Source of the DNA: a bacterium | GTDB taxonomy: Bacteria; Zhuqueibacterota; Zhuqueibacteria; Residuimicrobiales; Krinioviventaceae | Length of the DNA: 64,000 nucleotides | Reading direction: 5' to 3' | NCBI GenBank assembly: GCA_963693055.1 | Contig: OY843751.1 | Location: 3,136,001-3,200,000 of the forward strand | Shown here: piece after piece, positions 19,381-28,197 of the stretch | Numbering within the stretch: the first letter of the stretch is position 1 | How the letters are laid out: every line of letters begins with the position of its first letter | Notes under the pieces: generated by a model | What the model was told of the DNA's origin: nothing | Database searches by the model: none | What the model saw: the letters and a program-made list of their open reading frames with translations, nothing else | Program-made: the position numbers and the translations under genes

Positions 19381-20073
19381 ATGAAGCGTATATTTTTGTA
19401 TGCTGTAATTTTAACTGTAAGTTTATTCGTTCTTGTATCGTGCCAACAAAAAGCAGTCGAGCAGCCAGAATCTAAAACCATTCAATTATTCAATGGTAAA
19501 AACCTGGACGGCTGGTATACCAATTTAAAAGAAAAAGGATTGAAAAACGATCCTGAAGGTATTTTCACAGTTGTTGATGGTATGATCCGTATTCAAGGTA
19601 GTGAATTTGGTTACATCTGTACAGAAAAAGAATACGAAAATTATAAAGTAACCATTGAATACAAATGGGGCGATGAAAAATTTACTCCCGATGAAAAACC
19701 ACACAACAGCGGTTTACTATACAATTTTAGTGCTGACAGTACAGATAAAGTATGGCCATATTGTTACGAATGTCAGTTAATGACCGGTAGCGTTGGTGAT
19801 TATATTTTAATGGGTCCCCCAATTGTGGTTAATGGTGAACAAGGCTCTTATCCCGATAACCGGAAATTTGTAAAAACTGAAGACGCAGAAAAACCAATTG
19901 GCGAATGGAATACCGTACAGGTTATTGTTGATGGCAATACATCAACCCATATTGTAAATGGTGTCAAAGTTAATTACGGAACTGAAGCTGGTGCATCAAA
20001 AGGTAAAATCTTGATCCAATCTGAAGGTGCAGAACTGTTTGTACGTAAAGTTGAATTGGAATTGTTGAAATAA
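19381..20073 (+). CDS. DUF1080 (3-keto-disaccharide hydrolase family) lipoprotein
   Basis: Lipobox VLVSC; 'LFNGKNLDGW', 'NSG', 'YECQL', 'GEWN', 'LIQSEG'. Confidence 0.9.
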   Translation: MKRIFLYAVILTVSLFVLVSCQQKAVEQPESKTIQLFNGKNLDGWYTNLKEKGLKNDPEGIFTVVDGMIRIQGSEFGYICTEKEYENYKVTIEYKWGDEKFTPDEKPHNSGLLYNFSADSTDKVWPYCYECQLMTGSVGDYILMGPPIVVNGEQGSYPDNRKFVKTEDAEKPIGEWNTVQVIVDGNTSTHIVNGVKVNYGTEAGASKGKILIQSEGAELFVRKVELELLK

Positions 20074-20083
20074 TTTTTTTACT

Positions 20084-20113
20084 CCTGAATTCCGATACAT
20101 ATCGGAATTCAGG
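20084..20113 (+). terminator. 13-bp perfect hairpin after the DUF1080 gene, probable terminator
   Basis: CCTGAATTCCGAT-acat-ATCGGAATTCAGG, T-run about 10 nt downstream. Confidence 0.6.
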
Positions 20114-20149
20114 CTCCCCTCCCTTTTTTCCCCAAATACAAAAATGTAC

Positions 20150-20178
20150 TTGATTATAATAGACGATTGGTCTATATT
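20150..20178 (+). promoter_or_regulatory. sigma70-type promoter with palindromic TetR operator in the spacer
   Basis: TTGATT-N17-TATATT; ATAGAC-N5-GTCTAT at 20159-20175. Confidence 0.7.
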
Positions 20179-20201
20179 CCTTAAAAACTTGAAGGGTATA
20201 G

Positions 20202-20780
20202 ATGAAAAAAAATACAAAAAATCGTATTCTGGAAAAAGGTTCGGAAATAATAAAATTAAAAGGTTTCCACCACACCGGAATACAGGAAATTTTAAACGCT
20301 GCGGGTATTCCCAAAGGGTCCTTTTATTTCTATTTCAAAAATAAAGAAGAATTTGGTCTGGAATTAGTAGAATACTTTTCAAAGGATTTTATTACTCAGG
20401 CTGATCTTTATCTGACTCTAGAAGAAGGAACATATATAGATCGCCTTCATCAATTTTTTAATCATTATTATGAAAAATATAGATCTATCAATTTTGTTGG
20501 AGGCTGCCCTATTGGTAATCTGGCACAGGAGATGGGTGATATTAATATCCGATTTAGAGTAAAACTTAATGATATTATGAACCAGATGAAAGAGAAAATT
20601 GAACTCTTTTTACAACACGCGCAACAAGACAAAGAGATCAGTACGGATATAAATATCACAAAGATGTCTGAATTTATATTTAATAGCTGGCAGGGAACAC
20701 TGCTTCGCTCTAAAATCACAAAAACTAAAGAACCCTTGCAGCTCTTCGATGAAATTGTATTTAATACTTTATTAAAATAA
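20202..20780 (+). CDS. TetR family regulator (NemR/AcuR-like)
   Basis: HTH 'GFHHTGIQEILNAAGIPKGSFYFYFKNKE'; 'GGCPIGNLAQE'. Confidence 0.92.
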   Translation: MKKNTKNRILEKGSEIIKLKGFHHTGIQEILNAAGIPKGSFYFYFKNKEEFGLELVEYFSKDFITQADLYLTLEEGTYIDRLHQFFNHYYEKYRSINFVGGCPIGNLAQEMGDINIRFRVKLNDIMNQMKEKIELFLQHAQQDKEISTDINITKMSEFIFNSWQGTLLRSKITKTKEPLQLFDEIVFNTLLK

Positions 20781-20806
20781 TTTAATCATAATAAAGGGGA
20801 ACTAGA

Positions 20807-22762
20807 ATGAAATCATGTAAATTCAAATTAATCTTTTTATTATTTTTTTGTTTTACAATTCTACCTGTACATGCAGAAGAAATCGATCGTAGAAAAGTGG
20901 GTAATCTGGTTATTGAGGGTATACCTGAAATACCGGATTATGTTAAAGAAAGGATGCTGCAATACCAGAATGTCAGATCTGCTGCAGTAAGAGATTGGTT
21001 AAATGATGGAAACGGATTGCTGATCTCTACGCGTTTTAGTGAAACTAATCAACTACACAAGATAATGAAACCCGGTGGCGCAAGACAACAAATTACCTTT
21101 TTTGACGAACCTATTAGTGGTGCAAAAATGCAACCTGTTAAAGATAAAAAGGCTCTCGTTTTTGGCAAAGATGTAGGCGGTAGTGAATTTTATCAGCTCT
21201 TTTATTTTGATATGGAAACCGGAAAAAATAAAATGTTGACCGATGGAAAATCCAGAAACGGTATGGCATTATGGAACAACAAGGGTGATCAATTTGCATT
21301 TGCAAGTACAATGCGTAACGGTAAAGATTATGATATTTACACGATGGACCCGACAACCAACGAATCGACAAAATGCATCCTTGAAAAAGGTGGTGTTTGG
21401 TTTCCGGTTGACTGGTCAAAAGATGATTCTCAACTTTTGGTATTAAACTATATATCCATAAATGAATCTTATTACTATATTCTTAACATAAAGTCGGGAA
21501 ATCTTGAACAAATTAATCCCTCCAAGGAACAAATTTCTTATGGCAATGCCCAATGGAGCCAAAACAGTAATGGAATTTATATAACAAGTGATAAGGAAAG
21601 TGAATTTACCCGATTATGGTATTATGATATAGCTAAAAAAACATTAACAAATCTGACCAAAGATATCAATTGGGATATTGAAGGATTTGAAATCTCTCCC
21701 AATGGATCACTGTTGGCATTTGTAAGCAATGAGGATGGTAATTCAAAGCTATATCTACTGGACACGCAAACGCAAAAGTATAAATCGATTCCTGGTATTC
21801 CACCTTGTGGTATGGGAGGTTTGATCTTTGATCCATCAGGTAAGCGGTTGGCGCTTACTCTCAATACTGCTCAAACGCCATCTGATGTTTTTGTATTGGA
21901 TATTGAAACGCTTGAAATGGAACAATGGACATTCAGTGAAGTTGGTGGACTCAATACAGATACATTTGTAAAACCTGAACTAATCCATTATCCAACTTTT
22001 GACAAAGTTGACGGAAAACAACGTGAAATACCTGCGTTTTTCTACAAACCAGAAAATGCAACAGGTCCTCTGCCTGTTGTGATCTATATCCACGGCGGCC
22101 CTGAAAGTCAATATACCCCCTATTTCTCATCAACTTTTCAATACTGGATTAACGAACTAGGTGTAGCCATTATAGCACCCAATGTACGGGGATCTGCCGG
22201 GTATGGCAAATCCTATTTAAAACTGGACAATGGTTTTAACCGGGAAAAATCTGTACAGGATATTGACAGCTTGCTTGATTGGATTGAAAATCAACCCGAA
22301 CTAGATGCCTCACGCATTGCAGTTTATGGTGGTTCTTATGGCGGTTATATGGTGCTGGCTTCCATGTTTCAGTTTAACGACAGATTAAAATGCGGTGTTG
22401 ATGTGGTAGGCATTAGTAACTTTGTAACGTTTCTAAAAAACACGCAGGAATACAGACGTGACCTGCGAAGAGCAGAATATGGGGATGAAAGAGATAAGAA
22501 AATGAACGAGTTTCTGGAAAGTATTTCTCCTACAAATCACGTTGAAAAAATACAAAAGCCCTTATTGGTTGTTCAAGGCTTTAATGATCCACGCGTTCCG
22601 GTTACAGAATCAGAACAAATGGTTGAAAAAATCCGAGAGAATGGTGGTACGGTTTGGTATTTGATGGCCAAAGACGAAGGCCATGGTTTCAAGAAAAAAT
22701 CAAACAGTGATTATTATAGAAATTCTGTTATTTTATTTTTAGAACAATTTCTTTTAAAATGA
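20807..22762 (+). CDS. S9 family (prolyl oligopeptidase/acylaminoacyl peptidase-like) peptidase
   Basis: Signal peptide, beta-propeller, 'HGGPE', 'GGSYGG', 'NDPRV', 'DEGHG'. Confidence 0.93.
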   Translation: MKSCKFKLIFLLFFCFTILPVHAEEIDRRKVGNLVIEGIPEIPDYVKERMLQYQNVRSAAVRDWLNDGNGLLISTRFSETNQLHKIMKPGGARQQITFFDEPISGAKMQPVKDKKALVFGKDVGGSEFYQLFYFDMETGKNKMLTDGKSRNGMALWNNKGDQFAFASTMRNGKDYDIYTMDPTTNESTKCILEKGGVWFPVDWSKDDSQLLVLNYISINESYYYILNIKSGNLEQINPSKEQISYGNAQWSQNSNGIYITSDKESEFTRLWYYDIAKKTLTNLTKDINWDIEGFEISPNGSLLAFVSNEDGNSKLYLLDTQTQKYKSIPGIPPCGMGGLIFDPSGKRLALTLNTAQTPSDVFVLDIETLEMEQWTFSEVGGLNTDTFVKPELIHYPTFDKVDGKQREIPAFFYKPENATGPLPVVIYIHGGPESQYTPYFSSTFQYWINELGVAIIAPNVRGSAGYGKSYLKLDNGFNREKSVQDIDSLLDWIENQPELDASRIAVYGGSYGGYMVLASMFQFNDRLKCGVDVVGISNFVTFLKNTQEYRRDLRRAEYGDERDKKMNEFLESISPTNHVEKIQKPLLVVQGFNDPRVPVTESEQMVEKIRENGGTVWYLMAKDEGHGFKKKSNSDYYRNSVILFLEQFLLK

Positions 22763-22875
22763 AAACCGGAATGTGTTAGACATCCGTCAAATCTTACTTT
22801 TTGTTAAAAAAATGGAATTCCTGAACATGAATTTTGTTGTAGTATGCTTACACAAAATCATTTAGGAGTTTTGTA

Positions 22876-23433
22876 ATGTCTAACACACCATCATCTATGG
22901 TGCCATTGGGTAGTGTTGCACCAGAATTCAAATTAATAGATACCGTTAGCGATAAACAATACAGTCTGCAGGATCTGAAATCCGATAAAGCAACAGTAAT
23001 TATGTTTATATGTAATCATTGTCCTTTTGTCAAGCATGTTGAAGACAAACTGGTTGAACTGAGTGAAGAATATATAGCAAAAGGTATTTCCTTTATCGCA
23101 ATCAGTTCAAATGATGCTGATACATACCCTGATGATGCACCACATTTAATGAAACAAAATGCAATACTGCAAGGATATCCTTTTCCCTATTTATATGACG
23201 AATCTCAATCCGTTGCAAAAGCGTATCAGGCTGCATGCACTCCTGATTTCTTTGTCTACGACAAGGATTTAAAACTGGTTTATAGAGGACAAATGGATGA
23301 TTCTCGTCCTAAAAGTGATATTCCGGTAACAGGTAAAGACCTTGCAGGTGCACTTGAAAACATACTTGCAGATGAACCGGTTAATAACGATCAAAAACCA
23401 AGTATGGGCTGCAATATAAAATGGAAAACATGA
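22876..23433 (+). CDS. Thioredoxin-fold AhpC/TSA-like protein
   Basis: 'FICNHCPFV', 'ACTPDFF', 'YRGQMDDSRP', 'GCNIKW'. Confidence 0.9.
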   Translation: MSNTPSSMVPLGSVAPEFKLIDTVSDKQYSLQDLKSDKATVIMFICNHCPFVKHVEDKLVELSEEYIAKGISFIAISSNDADTYPDDAPHLMKQNAILQGYPFPYLYDESQSVAKAYQAACTPDFFVYDKDLKLVYRGQMDDSRPKSDIPVTGKDLAGALENILADEPVNNDQKPSMGCNIKWKT

Positions 23434-23524
23434 TGTTATTATCATGATTGCCTGCGAACCAAGATTATAAGGATTTCAAAATAAAATTGAAATAATTACA
23501 CTCTAGAATATAAAGGGCTGTCTA

Positions 23525-26500
23525 ATGAAGAAAAGTGTTTTACTTTTATTGTTTTGTTTCCTTTATCTTGTCAACTGTCAACCGGATTATTCAGCATCCC
23601 GTACAGACAAACATTACACATCTTTTAAAGATTTAAAAACAGAATTCAAATCACCATCCGCATCGTACCGCACTGCCCCACTCTGGGTTTGGCATTACAA
23701 AGTTACAAATGATGAAATTGATTACAGTCTTGAAGCGCTTCATTCCCAAGGCATTGGTGGCGTATTTATACATCCACGTGCCGGCCTTGTTACCGAATAT
23801 TTATCAGATGAATGGTTTTCTTTGTACAACCATGCCATTGAAAAAGGGAAATCCTTAAACATGAATGTGTGGATTTATGATGAAAACACTTATCCCAGTG
23901 GATTTGGCGGAGGTCACGTACCTGCAGAAATGCCTGAATCTTATAACCAGGGACAGGGATTGGAAATGACCAAAGTCTCGACACTCCCTAAAGACGTGTT
24001 CACCAATTATGAACTGGTACTCAAAAAAATTGGTAACCAGTATATAGTAGTAAATTCCAATGAAAAAACGGACAAGGGTGATTACTATATATTTAAAAAA
24101 TTATACTTTAACAAGGGAAAATGGTATGGTGGGTATTCATATGTTGACCTGATTTATCCGGGTGTTACGGATAAATTTATCGAGGTCACAATGAATGGCT
24201 ACGAAAAACATATTGGAAAAGAATTTGGAAAATCCGTGCCCGGTATTTTCACTGATGAGCCCAACATCAGTACGCCCAGAAGAAAAAATTGTATTCGGTA
24301 CACACAAGACCTGTTTGAACAATTTCAAAACCGCTGGGGATACGATTTAAAACCAAACCTCCCTTCTCTTTACGAAGAAATTGGTGACTGGAGAAAAATC
24401 AGACACAACTATTATGGTTTACTGCTGGAACTGTTTATTAACCGTTGGAGCAAACCCTGGTTTGAATATACTGAACAGCACAACCTGAACTGGACTGGTC
24501 ATTATTGGGAGCATGGATGGCCGAGTCCTCATCATGGTGGTGATAATATGGCAATGTATGCCTGGCACCAGGTCCCCGCAATTGACATGCTGTTCAACAA
24601 TTTTTCCAAAACCGGTTCACAATTTGGTAACGCACGGGCAGTTAAAGAATTGAGCAGCGCGGCAAATCAAATGGGCAGGCATAGAACGTTAAGTGAAACC
24701 TATGGCGGTGCCGGTTGGGAATTAACTTTTAAAGATATGAAACGTCTTGGTGATTGGGAATATGTTCTGGGTGTTAATTTTATGAACCAGCACCTTACTT
24801 TTATGTCACTTTCGGGAGACCGTAAACATGATTATCCTCAATCGTTTTCATACCACGAACCCTGGTGGCATTTATACAAACCTCTGGCTGATCACTATGC
24901 CCGTTTATCAGTAGCTTTAGCTTCCGGTACTCAGAACAACAACATTATTATACTGGAACCTACAACTTCGGCATGGATGTACTATTCATCCATAGAATCA
25001 AACAAACGCCTGAATACAATCAAAGAAACATTTACAGAATTTATCAATTTGCTTGAACAGAATCAAATTGAATATGATCTGGGTAGTGAAAACATAATCT
25101 CACACCAGGGTTCTGTTGAAAATGGCAAATTTATTGTTGGGAAAAGAACCTATACAACTCTGGTTCTACCTCCTACCATGGACAATCTGGATTTCACAAC
25201 AGCAGATCTGTTAAAACAATTTCTAGAACAGGGTGGCAAAGTTATCAGCTATGTGGATATGCCGAAATATCTTGAAGGCGAGGCAACAGACATGTTTACT
25301 TTGTTGGCAGATGAATACAAATCAAACTGGCAGCACTATCCTAATGTGGAAACCCATATTCTTGCACTGTTGCTTCCGCAGGACATTTCATTCAAAACAG
25401 ACAATAACTCTGACAGTCTTTTATTTCACATGAGACGGCAACTGGAAGATGGGCAAATTTTGTTTATGGCAAATTCTGATCTTGAAAAAACTGCCAGGGG
25501 TACTGTAACATTAAAAGGTAAAGCTATATACGAATTAAATACATTCACAGGAGAAATCAAAAATTACAAGTACAAAATTGAGGATGGAAATCTGAATTTT
25601 AAATTTCACCTTCCCCCTGCCGGATCATTATTGTTATTTATTGATGATCAGCAAGCATCTCCATCAATGGCAGAACCATTAAAACCAGCATATAACAGAA
25701 TACAATCAAGTCCTTCAAACATCAAAAGAGAAATGCCCAACATTCTGAACCTGGACTATGTGACAGTTGATGTTCAAGGGAATCAATACAACAATATTTA
25801 TTTTGCAGATGCCGCAAAACATATTTGGCAGGCTCATGGTTTTGACAGCAATCCATGGGATAAAGCAATTCAATACAAGCAAACTATTGTTGAAAAAGAT
25901 AAATTTGGTGCAAATTCAGGGTTTAAAGCAACATACACATTTAACGTAGCTGATGACACAGATTTAAAATCTTTAAGAGCAGTCATTGAAAGACCCGAGC
26001 TCTGGCAAGTTCAAATAAATGGCAATGCTATAAATCCGGATATGGGTAAATGGTATCTTGACAGATCATTTAAAATCTATGATATCAGTAATCATGTAAA
26101 ATCCGGCAAGAATGAAATCACTCTGAATTGCAAACCCATGTCAATTCACGCAGAGTTGGAACCTATTTATATCATTGGCAATTTCAACCTTGAATCAGCT
26201 TCTCAAGGGTGGGATATTTATCCATCCAAGGACATTCAAATGGGCAGTTGGAAAAATCAAGGTTTGCCCTTTTATGGGCAGGGTATGAGTTATGAAAAAA
26301 CATTAACTGCAGACTCGAAAAAAGGCTATAAAATCAAATTGAATGACTGGCAGGGAACTGTAGTTGAGGTCAAAGTAAATGACAAACATGCAGGCATAAT
26401 TGGCTGGGAACCTTGCGAACTGGAAATCACTCCGTATATTAAACCGGGAGAAAATAAAATCTCTGTTATTGTATATGGCTCATTAAAAAACACACTGGGG

Positions 26501-26644
26501 CCACATCACAATTATAAACGTAATGGCATTGTATCTCCTGGTAATTTCAAATCATCACCAGATGAGCAGTCTGCTGGAACAGAATACGATCTATTAGATT
26601 ATGGTCTGTTAGAGGATTATGAAATTCTTACCGCAAATAAATAA
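23525..26644 (+). CDS. Glycoside hydrolase family 106 (alpha-L-rhamnosidase-like) lipoprotein
   Basis: Lipobox LVNC; 'PLWVW', 'FIHPRAGL', 'WIYDE..YPSG', 'FTDEP', 'LSETYG'. Confidence 0.8.
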   Translation: MKKSVLLLLFCFLYLVNCQPDYSASRTDKHYTSFKDLKTEFKSPSASYRTAPLWVWHYKVTNDEIDYSLEALHSQGIGGVFIHPRAGLVTEYLSDEWFSLYNHAIEKGKSLNMNVWIYDENTYPSGFGGGHVPAEMPESYNQGQGLEMTKVSTLPKDVFTNYELVLKKIGNQYIVVNSNEKTDKGDYYIFKKLYFNKGKWYGGYSYVDLIYPGVTDKFIEVTMNGYEKHIGKEFGKSVPGIFTDEPNISTPRRKNCIRYTQDLFEQFQNRWGYDLKPNLPSLYEEIGDWRKIRHNYYGLLLELFINRWSKPWFEYTEQHNLNWTGHYWEHGWPSPHHGGDNMAMYAWHQVPAIDMLFNNFSKTGSQFGNARAVKELSSAANQMGRHRTLSETYGGAGWELTFKDMKRLGDWEYVLGVNFMNQHLTFMSLSGDRKHDYPQSFSYHEPWWHLYKPLADHYARLSVALASGTQNNNIIILEPTTSAWMYYSSIESNKRLNTIKETFTEFINLLEQNQIEYDLGSENIISHQGSVENGKFIVGKRTYTTLVLPPTMDNLDFTTADLLKQFLEQGGKVISYVDMPKYLEGEATDMFTLLADEYKSNWQHYPNVETHILALLLPQDISFKTDNNSDSLLFHMRRQLEDGQILFMANSDLEKTARGTVTLKGKAIYELNTFTGEIKNYKYKIEDGNLNFKFHLPPAGSLLLFIDDQQASPSMAEPLKPAYNRIQSSPSNIKREMPNILNLDYVTVDVQGNQYNNIYFADAAKHIWQAHGFDSNPWDKAIQYKQTIVEKDKFGANSGFKATYTFNVADDTDLKSLRAVIERPELWQVQINGNAINPDMGKWYLDRSFKIYDISNHVKSGKNEITLNCKPMSIHAELEPIYIIGNFNLESASQGWDIYPSKDIQMGSWKNQGLPFYGQGMSYEKTLTADSKKGYKIKLNDWQGTVVEVKVNDKHAGIIGWEPCELEITPYIKPGENKISVIVYGSLKNTLGPHHNYKRNGIVSPGNFKSSPDEQSAGTEYDLLDYGLLEDYEILTANK

Positions 26645-26645
26645 T

Positions 26646-26679
26646 AAAAAAAGGCTGATATAAATCAGCCTTTTTTTTT
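26646..26679. terminator. Bidirectional intrinsic terminator
   Basis: A7-GGCTGAT-ataa-ATCAGCC-T9 between convergent genes. Confidence 0.88.
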
Positions 26680-26695
26680 ACTACATGTATACAAA

Positions 26696-28084
26696 TCAAT
26701 GTATCAAAGTTTTTTCAATTACTTCCAAAGATTTACCACGTGTTTCAGGGAGCTGCTTGTAAATGAATAAAAATCCTATCACACAAATAATAGCATAAAT
26801 CCAAAATGTAAATGATGCACCCAGATTTTTATTCAAGATTGGAAACGTATAAGTAAGAACAAAACAAGCAGACCACAAGGCAAAAACAGCAACAGACATT
26901 GCTGCACCACGTATCCGGTTGGGGAAAATTTCAGAAATAATAACCCAGGTAACTGGTGCAAGTGACATTGCATAACAGGCAATAGCAAGTACAACCAGAA
27001 TCAGCATATGTACTCCCTGGCTTCCCATAAAGTAACCGCTACCTAACAATAAATAAACCCCGGCTAATCCTGCTGAACCGGTAAGCATTAATGCACGTCT
27101 TCCCCATTTATCAACCGTATAAATTGCGACAAAGGTAAACAAAACATTTACCGTACCGGTGATAACAATATTCAGTAATATATCGCTAACACCATAGCCT
27201 GCCTGGGAAAATATTTCTTCAGCATAATTAAAGATGACATTAATACCACACCATTGTTGAAAAACTGCAAGAAATACACCAATACCAACAATTTTAAGCA
27301 CACCCGGTTCTAACAGGTCTTTAAACCTAACGGTTTTTATCTCATCTTTTAAGGATGCCTGAATCTCCTTTAATGATAAATACGCATACTCGTCACCACC
27401 AATTTTCTTTAAAATAGCAAGCGCTTGTGTTTTATTGGCATTTTTCACCAGCCACCGGGGACTCTCAGGAATAAGAAACATGAAAAGAAAAAACAACATT
27501 GCAGGTACGGTTTCCGCTCCAAACATCCAACGCCAACCGGTTTGTCCGTTCCAGGAATTCAAAATATATTCTGTAGATGCGTCTTGAGGTACAGGCTGGG
27601 CTATTAACCAATTTGCTATCTGCGCACCCAAAATACCCAGCACAATGGTTAGCTGGTTTATGGAAACAAACCGTCCTCTCATTGAAGCAGGTGAAATTTC
27701 AGCAATATACATAGGAGAAAGATTTGACGCCAAACCAATGCCAACCCCACCTATCAATCGAAAAATGATAAACAGGTTAAAGGAGTGACAAAGTGCAGTA
27801 CCTATAGCAGAAACAGTAAATAAAAAAGCAGCAATTAATAAAAGCAGCTTGCGTCCATATTTATCGCTCAATCCGCCAGAAATTAAAGATCCCGCCAGGC
27901 AGCCGGCAAGTGCGCTGCTCATTGCCCATCCCACCTGAAATGAAGTTGTTAAATTGAAAAATTTTTCGTAAAAAGGTTTTGCACCGCCAATTACCACCCA
28001 GTCATAACCAAACAGCAATCCACCCATTGCAGCAGTCAAAGAAATCAGCCAGACATAGCGCAGGTTAATTGATTTTTCATTCAT
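26696..28084 (-). CDS. Sugar porter family MFS transporter
   Basis: 'GGLLFGYD', 'DKYGRK', 'YIAEISP', 'PESPRWL', 'QQWCGIN', 'PETRG'. Confidence 0.95.
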   Translation of the reverse strand: MNEKSINLRYVWLISLTAAMGGLLFGYDWVVIGGAKPFYEKFFNLTTSFQVGWAMSSALAGCLAGSLISGGLSDKYGRKLLLLIAAFLFTVSAIGTALCHSFNLFIIFRLIGGVGIGLASNLSPMYIAEISPASMRGRFVSINQLTIVLGILGAQIANWLIAQPVPQDASTEYILNSWNGQTGWRWMFGAETVPAMLFFLFMFLIPESPRWLVKNANKTQALAILKKIGGDEYAYLSLKEIQASLKDEIKTVRFKDLLEPGVLKIVGIGVFLAVFQQWCGINVIFNYAEEIFSQAGYGVSDILLNIVITGTVNVLFTFVAIYTVDKWGRRALMLTGSAGLAGVYLLLGSGYFMGSQGVHMLILVVLAIACYAMSLAPVTWVIISEIFPNRIRGAAMSVAVFALWSACFVLTYTFPILNKNLGASFTFWIYAIICVIGFLFIYKQLPETRGKSLEVIEKTLIH

Positions 28085-28152
28085 GTTTGCATCCGTGATT
28101 TTCTGTAATTAAGGGAGATCATAATTTATACTATACACAAAATATCACAAAT

Positions 28153-28183
28153 AAAAAAGGGCAAAATGTGATCATTTTGCCCT
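28153..28183 (-). terminator. Intrinsic terminator after the M16 peptidase gene
   Basis: AGGGCAAAATG-N4-CATTTTGCCCT followed by a T-run on the minus strand. Confidence 0.82.
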
Positions 28184-28197
28184 GGATTAACATTTAT

